The notes under the pieces were generated by a model. The model had not been told where the DNA came from, ran no database searches, and was given only the letters and a program-made list of their open reading frames with translations. Of a DNA stretch of 64,000 bases, positions 1-13,309 are shown one piece after another; position 1 is the stretch's first letter; each line of letters starts with the position of its first letter. This DNA is from Guillardia theta CCMP2712 (taxonomy: Eukaryota; Protista; Cryptophyta): assembly GCF_000315625.1 (NCBI RefSeq), contig NW_005434669.1:345238-409237 (forward strand), read 5' to 3'. The translations under genes and the position numbers were made by a program.

Positions 1-1241
1 GAGGAGGAGGAGGAGGAGATAATGGTAAGGAGGATGTAAGCAAGGATAGGCTATAGGAAGAACGAGCTCGGACAGGAACGCAGAAACCTCTCGCAGCTAT
101 GTCTATCACATAAACTTGGTCTCCCCCAACTCCTTGCTTCTTCAAGTCTATCAGTCGACAGCTCAACGTCAGACCCCATGATGCTCTCCTTACTTCCGCA
201 TCTCCTTTGTCTGATTCCTTTCCCTGGTTACTTCACTCCCTCGTCTCAAGCTTCCCCTTTCCCGCCCGTCCTCTCTCCACCCTATTTCTTGCTTTCTTCC
301 ATCCCCTGTTCCTCCCTCACGTTCTTTCCACTCCCGACCGTCCATCCCTCCACTCCACTCTACTCTGCATCGCTCCTCTCCTCTCTCCTCTCCCTCTTCC
401 ATCCCATTCCCCATCGTTTCTTGTCTGCTAATTCCGCATCCCCCATGAGACATTCGTTTCGCTCGTCGATCGTCCCTCCTTCCCTTCTCCCATTCTCAAT
501 TTGATCCCTCCATGGTAAGAGAAGTATCAATTGAGCTCCTAATAGAATCGACCCAGCCCTGGCCCCTACACCTCTGGCTACACTTGCCCCTCAATCCCCA
601 CTTCCCCCTCCTCTGGCAGAATTTTTAAAATAGTTTTAGTCATGATTTGGGTTGGAACGATGTGCTTTCCATGATGATTTGAATCTTATAATTTATATAA
701 TCGAAAAATAAAGTTTTCCGATATTTAAATAACTTTTTTGAAAGTTCAAATATCTATATATCCCCCAAAAATGTTTTGAAAAGGCCGTTACGAATCTGGA
801 CGGCATTCCCTTTGACTACCCCTTGTTTTCAGTACCATTACCCCTGACGCAGACCCCACCCGTGACCTCATAAAACCTGGCGATTGAGGTAAAACTACAT
901 ATTAAATATATAAATATATATATGTTAAACCCGGACCAGGAGGGGGAAGGCAGGAAAGAGGAGGAGGAGGAGGAGGAGGAGGAGGAGGAGTACAGGGTGA
1001 AGAAGGATATGATGTGAAATGGGTGCAAACAATGAGTGTGATGCGATCATTGTCGACTGAACATGAGCGCAATCATCTCATAACGTCAACCGGCCTTGAT
1101 GGAAAAGTTGTTAAGGTGAAGAAGTCAAAGTAAGTGAACAAGTCTTGGTTGGGATCTCAGAAATGGAACTGTACGATTTTCGATCATTTATACTGCCTGG
1201 TTTTATGGGTATGAAGTGGTCAAGACTTAGTTAGTTGAGTT

Positions 1242-3500
1242 TTACTTCCGCAAAGTAAAAAACGATAACAGCATCGAAAAACTCGTAAGTCAGGGATAGC
1301 CTGAATGCAAGATGATGTCCATCGAGCAGTTGCATGCCACCTTTGAGGTGCATCCCAGAGCCTGATCATCTTCAAAGTCTCCTCATACCATCATTCTTGC
1401 GAAACTCTCCGACATCCAGCGTTCCCCCTCCCATCCCCGCACCCATTCCTCGCAGTCATTTCAGAATGGCGAAAGCATTACGATTCCCTTCCGCATGCCA
1501 ACTGCGCATGAAAAGTCTCCTCTCCTCATCTTTGGGAAAGAGACCAGGATGTTGTCCTCGGATTGGGACATGGCTCTCACTGTCCTGGTACCTTGGCAGC
1601 ACCTGTTGGTGAAGTGATCTTGGGCTGCGGATGAAATCAGTTCCGACTTGTTAGCACACAACAGGGATGAGCGACCGCTGGGTCCTTCTTGAGCTTCTTC
1701 ATCTTCCCTGTTGCGGATCCAAACCACAACGTCATCCAACGGAGGAGCTCGTTAGTCAAGGTCACCTGCTGACTGGGGGTTGCCGTCGTCAGCATCATCG
1801 GTATCCTCCCCCTCAGCCGCGTCCTCCTGCAGGAGCGATCATGCTCACGTTCCAACAGAGGTTCAGATCCTCACCTCCCCATCATCGCTGAAGGACGCTC
1901 CCTTGCCCCCACTCTTGCGCTTTCTCTTCTTCCCCTAGCACGAGGATCAGAGGGCTGCGTCCGTCAGCGCAAAGTCACCTTCATGGCGCTATCCGTGTCC
2001 TCGTCGTCAGATGAGACAGTATCGAACAGCCATTGGAAAGACTGCCATTCCTGACAAGGAGAGCTGATCAGCTCACCAACGGGCAGGCATCACCCGCACC
2101 TGTTGCCGGGCTCCTGCATTCTTAGTCTCCTTCTTCTCCAGCTCCTCTATCCTGCTCTTCAACTCCTTGATTTGCACGCTCTGCACGCCAGCGCACAAGT
2201 CAGCAGCAGTCAGTGCAGAGGTGGATGGAACTGTCAACCTGCTGTTGGATAGCTCTGCAGAGCATGTCCACGGTGGCGTTCAGCGCGTCGCGGAACTCGT
2301 TGCTGGTTGGCAGACGAGACATCAGGAATGGATCCTCGCGCATTTCGTGTTCACGCAACAGGATCAAAACAATATCAAGATTCACACATCAATGCAACAG
2401 AAGCACTCTTTCCTATGCTAAACCTGAGCAAATAATGCGTTTGACATGAAGAGAGTCCTGATCGTCCCTTCCTGCTACCTGCCTGCTACAGCTTCCTCCT
2501 CTGACCATGATGGTCCGATCTCGCCGTCTCAGATCCTAAGGTAATTTCTAACATCCTATCACATTCTAGGGCTTGCTTCCTTCCTCTTTCCTGTTTTTTA
2601 GAATAGTCTCCACCTCGATCAGAACAGATTTGCTGCGAATCCTCCCTAAACTAGCATGGAGATTATCTGGATCGGCAATTCTTGCCGATCCTCTTCGGTA
2701 TCAACCTCCAATCCTTCAAGTGTCATACTTTCTGTTACAGTCCCCTTGACCCACTCCTTCCCTACTTCACAACCTCAATCTGAGTTCCTCGCCTTTCCTC
2801 ATCCCCGCAGTTTTGCTTGATTTCCATTATCCTATACTACATTCAAGTCTTTGTCAAAATCCACTTCCATCTCCGACTTCGAAGTCATTCTCATCGTCTT
2901 CATCATCCACAACAACAACACCAGCATTCACCAACTACTGCACAATTATCATCTGCTCTTTCAATGCTGCAAAATTCATCTTCGGTTTTCAATTGCGTCC
3001 CCCATTAATCCTCCTTCGACGATGCAATCATCATTCTCTCCTATTCCTCCTCCTCCTTCATCATCATGTACATGTTTTCTTGCTTCTGCTGCTGCTGCTT
3101 CTCCTGATCATCCTGCTCCTACTATACTTTCATCTCCATAACCTCCTCTGCCTGCATTTCATGTTCTCGTGTTGCTCCGTGAGGATCATCTTCACCTTCT
3201 CCACTACCACCACCTTTCTCCGTCTCCATCATCATCACCTTCTCCACTACCATCATCATCATCATCTCCATCTCCATCTCCATCATCATCATCATCTCCA
3301 TCATCATCATCATCTCCATCTCCATCCTCATCTCCATCCTCATCTCCATCATCATCTCCATCATCATCTCCACCACCATCTCCACCACCATCATCATACT
3401 TCACCATTGTCTCACTCTCCTACTCTTACTCCGCCATCTTCTTCGCTCACCTGGCGATCTCTGTCGCCGAGAAGCTCGACAGCTTGCGCATGCCGCTCAT
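1242..3500 (-). CDS. Multi-exon hypothetical protein
   Basis: ATG at 3500 (MSGMRKLSSFSATEIA) with GTGAG donor; internal exons in ORFs 2200-2385 and 1461-1739; last exon ...DAVIVFTLRK-TAA at 1242. No family recognised. Confidence 0.5.
3226..3397. repeat. (CAT/CTC/CAC)n intronic microsatellite
   Basis: Directly visible triplet repeat in intron 1 of the minus-strand gene. Confidence 0.9.
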
Positions 3501-3682
3501 TGGTCACCCCGGCTGACCCTCATACCGACCGTCTTTGCTTCGTGATAAATACCCCCACCCATTCCAAAACAAGACCCTACCCACCAAACACTATATTCTC
3601 ATGGTAAAAAGTACCCCTTTACGGGAAGTACCGGTGGTGTTCATTTCAATGGAGAACATGGGAACAGATCGATAACCAGAAG

Positions 3683-3719
<37 letters not shown>

Positions 3720-4120
3720 ACGAAGAAGAAGAAGAAGACGCAGAAGCAGACGCAGAACAAGGAAGGGAGAGCAAGAGACAAAAAGATCGTGAGGACAAGA
3801 GGGGCGTACGGGGAGGTGGAGTGAGCAGAGACACGAAGTGTTCGGGAGCAAGGCAAGAGTATAGAAAGATTGCTAAGAGGTCAACACGAACAGGCTGCAG
3901 CTAGGATGAAGACCGAGACGGCAACTGTTCAGGGAGGAAAAGCCATGCTTGTTGTTTTGATGTACTTGGCTTGAAAATGAAAACTCCGCAGCATCTGCTG
4001 CATGACGGTGCAAAGGCACGACCGACGTATTTCCCATCTCGTCGCTGTGTGCCTTGAAAAATAACGAGGTGCAGCTTTGTTCTCCCGATCTCAGCAGTAG
4101 AATTCACAGCAAAACTTGTT

Positions 4121-6033
4121 TCAAGACGCAGCAGGCTTGAAGCGATACAAGACCATACAATAACATGCATGATCATCTACTTCATCCGAGCGCTCAGGTC
4201 CATCTGCAAAGCTTCGCATTCCTGCAGAGGCCTTCAGACGTGCAAACAGAATGGACAACAGGGAGGATAGAGGAGGGAATGAGGGGAGATGGTACGGAAG
4301 GGGGGGATGGGGGGAACACACCTGCTCCAGCGCGAGAGCGTCCATCTTATCCTTCAAGTCTGATTCGAGACGAGCTCTTGTCTGCTCCAGACGCTGAAAC
4401 ATTCTCAAGTGAGGACTCGCTCAGCTATCAAGTGCAGAGAGCAAGTACGTGGATGTCAGCAGTCTGGCGCGCCATCTCCAACTGCAGCCTTCGGATGGAG
4501 TGTTCGAGATCGCCGATCTCCTTCTCGAGCGATCTCTCGGCAGCGTCTCTCACGATCTCGTTGCCGGGCTTGCTGGTTCGGAAGCTGCATGACCAACGCG
4601 TCAGCTGCAGCATCGCTCACCCCGTTCACAGTCACTCACCTGAGCCTTGACTTAGCAAGCGCCAAAGGCCCGTGCTTATCGTTCATGCTTTGCTCCACCG
4701 AGGCCCTAGCGTCTTCCATGGTGATGATCTCGTTCGAGACGTTGGCAATCGATGCCTCGAGCTCTGACTGTCCTCATCCTCATCAGAGCCGAAACGATTC
4801 GGGGAGGAGGCACCGACCTTGAGGCGATCAGTCTCCTCCATCTTGCGCGCGAAGTTTCGCAGAACAGCCTCCCTAGTCTCTCGCTCCACGTTGAGAGCCT
4901 CTTCTTGGATGGCTTTGCTCTTTGCTCTCAGCCTCTGCGTACTTTGCTCAGTGCTGCATCAGCCCTAGCGCGAGGTGGTCTGACCTCGCACGTGGCCCTG
5001 GTACGCTCACACTCTTCACACAGGTTCTCCGTCCTCTGACGCCACATGTGTGGAAGAGAAGCCGATGGCGACCTCTTGGACTGGATGTTCGCAGCCCAAC
5101 CTGACTCCATGCGAAGAGCTTCGTTGTCAACCTGCAGGACGAGTGCACATCAGCCGAGCAATCACATGGTCAGAGCGTTACCTCGAGAGCAATGCGCTTC
5201 TGGTCGATGTCTTCCTCAAGCTTCTCACGGCAAACTTTCAACCTGGCCAGCTCTTTGTCGCATGCATCAAGAACTCCTCCGAGCATGCGAATCGAGTGCT
5301 TGGCTCCAGCGATCTGTGATACACCTCTCAGCATTCCAGGACAACTTTTTGAGAAATTCCGAACCTGCTCGTTCAAAGATCTCTCTACGGCATCACGAGT
5401 TTGCTCGCGTGTAGGTCTCTTGCTCCTGATGATAATATTCTCTTCGGCAACCTGAAGAGGATCCTGCGGGAGATTCAGAAAATCGACGAAAGCCAATTGG
5501 AGGAGTAAATCAACCTTCATCTTCTCATGGATAGCTTCAGTGCGTGAAGTCTCTTCTTCAAGCATGACGGTCTCCTTCAGTATGGCTTCCAGCTGACGTT
5601 CAGCGCGAGCCTTCAGCGCCTCAGCCTCCTTAATGTTCTTTTCAAGTGCAGATGAAGAGAGCCTGTCAGGTAAATCCGTCAACATGACTTCTGATTCCAT
5701 GTGAGCCGTGCCTGTTGTCGTTGAGCATGATTTCATCCGTGGTCCTCTGGGTTCCGAAGGACATGACCTGGAAACGGGTCAGATGCCCAACGGCAGCAGG
5801 GGTAGCGAGCTCACTCGCTGCTGTGTAGACAAGGACTGGGCTTTCCTTGCGGAGTCTACCAGACTCCTCGTGTTCCTTTCCCACTGTGAAACACAGTGAG
5901 ACGGAGCTGACAATCAGAGGGAGGGTGCAACCTGGTGTGGCATAGTCGGGGGTGAACCTCCATCCATCGGGCTTCCAGATCTCTGCAGGATTTCGGCCGA
6001 TCTCGCACTTCCATAGGAGGTGTTCAAGTCCAT
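4121..6033 (-). CDS. Tektin family coiled-coil axonemal protein (multi-exon)
   Basis: Two tektin-like halves: PLQVAEENIIIRSKRPTREQTRDAVERSL and DKHGPLALAKSR...KPGNEIVRDAAERSLEKEI (cf. RPNVELCRD), each followed by a LExDxxxKxxAL motif (LEEDIDQKRIAL, LESDLKDKMDAL). Confidence 0.85.
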
Positions 6034-6399
6034 CTATGCATGGCATGTCATGCTCAGAGCTCGAAACTTCTCACAATATTGGTATTCCAACTTCTAAAAT
6101 CATTAAACATCCTGATTCTAACCGGGGGGGGAGCCCAGCAAGCGAAAAGGCGTAGGCCGTCGAACGACCATTTCATGTCAGCTAAAATCGATCGAACAAC
6201 CACTATCGAGGACAAACAACAATCGAGGACAAATGTGTGCTCAAGACAAAACAGTGACAAACTTGGCATGCTCTGCGGATTACGAGGGGAGGAGAAGCGG
6301 GGAGGCAAGGTTAGATCAGAGTAGGATCCAGACGCCAAGCAAGGGACGCGGAGCATGCATGGCCGAGGAGGTTTGATGTCAGAGGCAACCGCAATGAGG

Positions 6400-7400
6400 G
6401 GTAGGGGAGGTAGTCTTGGCAACCCGAAGTGGGTAGGGTTTTTTATTGGGGGTAGGGGTATATCTAGGTGTGGATAAGTGGATCATGGTGTGAGAATACA
6501 GTTTATGAGTATAACAAATAAAGGATATGGTAGCAGAAAGCCTTCACATGAGGGGGAAAATCTAAAAAGTAGGGGTCTAAACACCCAAGAAGAGGGTTAG
6601 TCGAATGTGGGACCCCTCCATTCGGTCATTTGCCAATGCGATTGGTAGATGTAGCAGGATGTGGGGTGATCCTCGGCATGGGGTAGGGGTGATCACTGGT
6701 GGTGGGGGAGGCCCAGTGTAAGAAAAAGGGACTACAAAGGGTGGGTACAAATAAGATAGTTTAGCAAAGCACAGTATGGTACCGGGGGGTAGTGGTAGTT
6801 TGGGATAGGGGTGGATCGTATCAGTGGAGGGGTACTGGATGTTCAGTGAGCACTCCGGACGGTGGGTCATCGGCGGGTGTTCTTGACAAGTAGCGGATCT
6901 CATCGGTCCTGAAAGTGGACTGGGATACGGAGGGGTGGGCTTCGATGATCCCGCACCTCCGACCTCTGTGGGAGGCTAATGGCATAGTAAAGAGCAATGG
7001 CATTGAACGGCACATAGTGAATCGCAAGACTAGACCCCACCAGACTGGACTCCGGGATCAGCCTTGCTAAGTCACTGCTCTCCGAGCCTCCGAGTCCGAG
7101 CATTTAGGGTACCGTACCCCTGGTACTGACTCACACTGGGCCATTGAGGGTAGGGCACGGCATTATCATTCAAGGTTATATACATTTCACTCAACAACTC
7201 AACTTGCTTCAGGGCCTCCCGTCCTGGGCCCCGGCCGGCCCGGTGCCATACCTGGCATCATGATCCGTAATTACAGCATGTCACAGTCACTCGACATGTC
7301 ACAGTGTTTTTCAAGTTTGACAATGATCAGTGCCAGGATCACTGCCCGGGGCCTGGCCTGATCATTATCATTATCATCGGCGTCGTGCGTAGTATTTCCC
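6400..7400. promoter_or_regulatory. Divergent intergenic region: GGGGT-rich tract followed by CCGG/GGCC island
   Basis: Lies between tektin (-) and 7689 (+). GGGGT/GGGT-rich 6400-7160, CCGG/GGCC and TGATCA/GTCAC-rich 7215-7380. Regulatory role inferred. Confidence 0.45.
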
Positions 7401-7688
7401 CTTTCAACCTACGCCGCTCGGTATGCGGCCGCTCTCATCCCACCGTGGCTCAGCGAAGCTGAGACACTGCGAGGTGCCAAGCCTTCTCGACTCTCCTAGT
7501 AAAGGTTTTAAGTATAGCGCTCGGATTTCGCTGCCTCCTCCTCAGGCTTCCCGGCTAGAATCATGACCAAGTTGGCGAGCCTCGGCCTGGTTTGTCGGGG
7601 TATTCCTCTCCTTTCGGCTTTCCTCAGTTTTTAGTCAACAGTATAGCCTTTTAACGGCCGCTAGCCGGTGGGACCTTCAGAGAACGGA

Positions 7689-9430
7689 ATGGCAGATGCG
7701 CGACTAGAGCAAGAAGAGGAGGAGATGTCAGTGCTGCACACGGTGGAGGCGATCTTGCGATCAGCTGCTGAAGAGGCTCTGCGCGTGTTGGAGGAACCAA
7801 ACGGCTCGTCCTCTGCCAGTCGGCCAGTGACCTCCCTGCCGTCGGTAGCTACATGGTGGATGAGGAAGCGAGCTGCTTCTGGGATGGTTAGGGAGTCTCT
7901 GCGAGAGCAGCGCATGCCAACTGTCAGAGGCAGAGGAAGCATCGACGACGATGATGAGAAAGAAAACGTGCCGAGCAACGCTAACCCACACGAGATAGAC
8001 TCCTTCGAACCTGCAGGGGAGCCGACGAGAGCAAAGCAGCATGGAGTGGATGCCCTGGTGCAGAGCAGGAGGAGGGGGAGGGGGTCGTCGTACGTGATGA
8101 GAAAGCAATGTCGCTCCTCGATCTCCATCACCTCCTTCTCTAGGAGCGACTGGAGCAAGGGCGACTGCCGCCTGATCCGATGGAAATCTGAGGGGTCGCC
8201 GATCCAGCATGTGGGGGTGAGGCTGTGCGGGTCCTCAGGAGCCCTGCACGTCTTCGCTGCTGCCGCCCCCAACGTTGGGAAGTTTGTGTGCGAGATGCCT
8301 GAGGACGTGGCGGCTCAAGAAGGGCTGCGGGTTGAAGTGAGAGGAGCCGACCCCAAGTGCACCGAGGTTTCAACGCTCTCGCACACCTTCAGAGTTGTGG
8401 AAAGGCAGGAAAGGAGAGGGACGGATAGAAGGAGCTCTGGCTCAGCCCACCTTGCGAAAGTATGGCTGACGTTTCCTGCAAGGGAGGGATGGGCATGGCC
8501 CACCGGCATGTGCTACAACATCACCTGGAAGGTGGTAGGAGTGGTGCAGAACGTTCAGGTGGACATCCTACAGGGAGACGAGGTCCGGTTCAACGTGGTG
8601 TCCTCTGTCCTCAACATTGGGAGCTATCCATTCACTGTACCGGTAGATGCTCAAACAGGAGAGGACTTCAGGATCCGAGTTCGCTCGAGCAACAACAAGG
8701 CGATCAGGTGAGGCCTTCTCTCTTGACTGCGGACAACAAGTTCTGATGGGGTTGTTCCAGCGGCCTGAGCCCGTCTTTTGCCATCGTCCACCGGCATGCC
8801 ATGTTCGGCCTCCCTCGTAGACTTCCGACCACAGAGCCCGTGAGGAGGTTCAGGGCGATCAGGGCTCTCAGCACAGCACAGTACCAGAGGAGGGTCAGGA
8901 CCGCGTACGCGGCTCCTCCCGCATCATCGCCGGGTGGTTGGAGTGACAAGGACTGGGGAGAAGGAGGAGGAGGAGGAGGAGGAGGAGGAGGAGGAGTTAA
9001 GCAGCGAGAAGCTCGATGCAGACCTGATAGCCCAGCAGACATGCTCGTCATCAACGACTCGCCATCTGAAGTTCATGACAGCTTCTACGACGCCATTGCG
9101 TCCTTCCACAAGGACCGGGGAATGGAGGCTGGAGGGCAGAGGTCGTCGGAGAGGCCAAAGACCATGAGCTCGACGAGCACGTCACGATGGCCTCAGCACA
9201 CGAGCAAAGTCAGTCGCTCTGCGCTGCTCGTGTCTGAGATGTACGTCCAGAACCGCAGGGACCTCTTTGCCCACCAGATCGCATCCATCAGGAACCTCGC
9301 GGTGGGGCAGGAGGAGGAGGAGATGGCAGGAGCCGTTGCCATGTTTGACCGGCCGGCTGTCGGATACAGAGCCATGGCGGAAAGGGACAGGATCGACGAG
9401 CAGCGCTTTCATATTCTGCTTGACAAGTGA
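7689..9430 (+). CDS. Protein with two tandem Kre9/KNH-like Ig domains
   Basis: ORF 7668-8711 joins ORF 8801-9430 in frame across GT-AG intron 8708-8760. Repeats: WPTGMCYNITW...NIGSYPFTVP...GEDFRIRVRS and WSKGDCRLIRW...NVGKFVCEMP...LRVEVRG. Confidence 0.6.
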
Positions 9431-9679
9431 CGCGAAGGAGTATTTCTCTTCACTTATCCATGAGACATGTAAAGTGAGTGCAACAACAAAGCGTTCTAAA
9501 CCTTTCCTTTGTCTTGATTCAGAATGGTGGAAGACTTGAAAACGCCAAGAGCTGCAAGCTGCGCCAAGAACACGTCTGTTTGCTTTCTCGAGAAGCAGTT
9601 CATTTCGTATTTCAGAAACTTCTTCATTATTTCCAATGCCACACATGCGCATTTTGTATCTATGGAATTTTCATTCCTC

Positions 9680-12600
9680 TCAGTTGCATTGAAAGATTTT
9701 GAGTGCAGAGTTGACATCCCACGGCATCCAGGCGTCAGTGTCCTCGTTGTACACGTAACACATCCAATCTGAGCTGCTCTTTCCTGCTGCTTCAAGGCAT
9801 GCATGCTCGTGGAAGCAAGTCCAGACCTCCTCCTTTCCCGCAGTCATCGCTCCTCCCATACCCCCTGTTCTTACCTTGTCCTGCTCTATTAGAGGCGTCA
9901 GCGCCTGCCATGTTCGATTCTCCCTGCACGCCTGGAGCTCCCAGTAGGCGTTCTGCCGCCATGGCGCGGCGCTGCCATCGGCTGTTCCCGCACCTCCGCT
10001 GTGAGCGTCGATGCTCAAGTTGCACAGCCACTGGTCATGCCATGCCGGGCTCGAGAGGTCGAGGTGCTCCAGGTTGACAGCTGGGCTCTTGAAGCTCTCC
10101 ATCGTGATGGCTCCTGCCGGCAGCTGGTCGAACAGCTTGAAGTTCAGCTGGGAAGACCGTGAGCTCCAGCTGGGGTTGTTCCAGACGCGCACGCGCGAGA
10201 CGGCGATGCTCTGGTTGAGGACACAGGCAACGAAGTTTCCCTTGGCCGGAGCCCCTGAGTGAGCGCATGAGCAGGCGGTCTGACCCTGCACGCACCCGTC
10301 GTTGAGGAGCGGTTCGGACCCGTCTGCCTTGCCCGTGTACCAGGAGCTCGCGATGGGAAAGTTGAAGCACCGAGCATGGGTCGGGGCGACATTGACACCT
10401 CTATCATCGAAGATCTCGATCTCACACAGGTTGAGGTACTGCTGGTCCTTGCCCATCTCTATCGCCACCGCCGTTATGCCGCTGCCCGGCTTGTCCCCTG
10501 CTCCTGCCGTTGGCACCTTAGCACGCAGAGGCCCGAGGAGGGAGGAGCTCCTGGTGGCGAGAAGGACGTCAGCCATGTTTCTCAGCTCCCACTCCGCCTG
10601 CTGCTGATTCCAGCGCAGGGTGGCGTTGGAGGAGAAGTACTGCGGCCGTCCCTGCCACAGGTCAGCAGCTCTAGCGAAGACGCCGCGTGCTCCGGGGAGG
10701 TATGCGGTGATGTCGGGAAGCAGGAGAGCGGAGCAAGAGGATCCTGAGCAGACAGCCATGTCGTCGACGAAGCTCAAGGCTGTAGGAGGGCAGGACTTGC
10801 ACCCGAAGTAGCCCGAGCTCTCAACGACACCGAACGAGTCGGTAGGGCAGACCGTAGAGGACATGGAAGCTGCGAAGGAAACAGACGCTTCCTGGGGGGC
10901 AACCAGGAGGTAGGCCTCTCCGTTGACCGTCTCAAACCTTATCCTCATCGTCATCTCGCAGATGTAGGTAGCGGGAAGCTGCAGGCTGGGAAGGAAGGAG
11001 TACCCGCTCCATGCTGATGCGGCATGGACGACGGAGTGACGGGCAAGGAGGTGTATGGGGGTGACTCCGACTCCGCTGGGATCCTGCGAGTAGAGGGAGT
11101 AGATCTCCACTGAGAGATTCTGCGACCGACCCCACCAGCTCTGCCGGGGAGACAACACGATCCTCTCGATGTCAACGGGGCGCTCTAGGATGCAGAGGTC
11201 GTAGCTGCCCACCGAGGAGCCAGTGGAGTGACTGTAGGTATTGATGTCCCCGTCGTTGATGTTTCTGTTCTGCCCTGTGGACTTGTCGCCGTTGTAGTAT
11301 CCTCCTCCCACGGGGAACGAGTAGCACGTGGCGTTCTTGATCGCCAGATTCTCCCCTGGGCTGCTCTTGGAGTAGATCTCGAGCTCGGCGATGGACAAGG
11401 GCTGAGGGTCCAGCTGCCGAACGACCACGACCTGAGCCCCGTACACTTTCAGCTCCTTCCCAGCTTCACAGCAGTAGAGTCGGTTAGCTGAGATCTTATT
11501 GACGGCCTGGTAGCCGAGGGGAGCGTTGAACGCAATGGACGAGAAGGGGAAGGAGTCGTAGAGGTACAGCTCGACTCCGTTGCTGTCAAGGGGGCAGACG
11601 GTCATGTTTATGACGCCCTGCCCCTTGGGCCCCGCTAGATCTCTCGCACGCACCAGCATCCCCTTGCTGATCGACGCGTTGGCAACGCGCAAGGGGCTGG
11701 CGGGAGTGACGGTGAAGTTGGTCCGCTCGAGCGCCCTTCCCACCTCCTCCTCGCTCATGAACCGGACGGAGAGGGCGGCAGAGATGTTCTTGTTGGGAGG
11801 GCAGATCATGTTGGTGCAGTCCGAGTAGTCTGGAACGGACCGAACCTCTATCACCGGCCTGATCTTCTGCAGCACATCCAGCTGAACGTTGTCAAGCGCA
11901 GCTGGAGGGTGAGTGGCCACGAAGGTGGTCCCGGGGGCGATGGTGGAGTCGACCATGCTGGCAGTGTCGCCAGCAACGTCGTAGGTGTAGCAGACGCTCG
12001 TCATGCCGACATCAAGGTAGCTCACGTACTTGCGGTTGCAATACCTGACATCACAGTCAATATCCCATCCTCTCACCTCTCTTCTCCTGCCGTCCCCTCC
12101 TCTTCCTCTCTCCTCCCCCTTTACCTCTCCTGTCCTGTTCTCTCTCTAGTCTCCTCCTCTTCCTTCTCGTCTCCCTTGGTCCTGCTCCCTTCCCCTCTGC
12201 CTCGCTCCCTGTCCTTCAGCTCTCCCACCTCCTCCTGTCTTCTCTCCCTTCACAATAAGACGACGGATCTGCTCTCAACTACCATCCCTCCACCCGCAGG
12301 CCAAAACTCAACAAACAAGCAAGACTCACTGGACAGAGACGCCCTTCATCGTCTCAGGGTAGGAAGATCTGTAGTAGATGTACAGAAAGTCCGTCGACGA
12401 GTAAGGGATCTTCACCGCAAAGTACGGAGACCCCGAGCTGTCGGCCGTCTGACCGGGGATGACATCGGGCCTGTCGAACGCGTTCAGGCTCCCAGACCAG
12501 CTCGTCGTGCAGTTCCGGCAGAACTCCCTAGGCCCGTCGGGATGGAGGAAAGCGACGTTTTCGTCCAAGAACCACCCAAACCAGTGCTTGCAGGACGGGT

Positions 12601-13309
12601 CAAAGTGCCCGTTGGAGTTGAACCTCGAGAGCTCGTCATTAGCGTACACGCTCCCCCCAGCTGCCATCCTGGAGAACCCCTCGTACTCGGGCGTGTTGTA
12701 AGCCTTCCCAGCTCTGAACTTGGTCGTCCTCCCGTGACCCATCCCAAAGTTGTGCCCTACTTCGTGCTCCAAGATCCCAGCTGACGTCGGGTACATGGTC
12801 CAGGTGAAGCCGTTCCCAACCACCCCCAGCCCTGCCCAGTCCACTGCTGGGGGATTGATCCTCATCGCTAGGATCACGGCGTCGAACTGCCCTGCCTGCT
12901 CTGCCGTCCTCGACCCGCACGGCCCTCCACAGTAGACGAACCCTTGTGCTGAGAGTGCATTGAGACACTCCGTCCGAACTGTCGACGGGGTAGCGGACGT
13001 AGCGGGGGTTGTCATGTCTACCATCGGCATGTACTGGTACTGGAACTTGAGCAGGCCCCAGCTCGAGTCGGAGTAGAAGAGAGCTGTGTCCAGGAGCGAC
13101 TGGTTCAGATTCCCAGCTACCTCGATCGGTTCCCGTCCTGTTTCTGGAAACTTCACTCTCGCTACCATGAATCTCAGGGTTCCGTTCCTCGTGAGCGACC
13201 AGTGCGAAGGGGTCCCGTCCGGCAGCAGGTTGGAGGGATCCGACTCTGAGTGGACTAGGTGTGCGAGCATGGCGAGAAGCGGCAGGGCCGCTAGGAGGCT
13301 GGTGGACAT
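9680..13309 (-). CDS. Secreted metzincin (peptidase M11/gametolysin-like) with two F5/8-fucolectin-like domains
   Basis: Signal peptide MSTSLLAALPLLAMLAHLVHS; zinc motif HEVGHNFGMGH (HExxHxxGxxH); repeats PLSIAELEIY...DGDINTYSHS and YLNLCEIEIF...CAHS; intron ~12045-12328. Confidence 0.85.

Noticed and set aside
2813-3607. His-rich 264-aa ORF and similar low-complexity ORFs (24072-25058, 34618-35056, 45430-45859)
   Set aside because: They are read-through of intronic or intergenic microsatellites.
6400-7160. LTR or telomeric remnant
   Set aside because: No alignable second copy, TG...CA ends or regular tandem unit was found.
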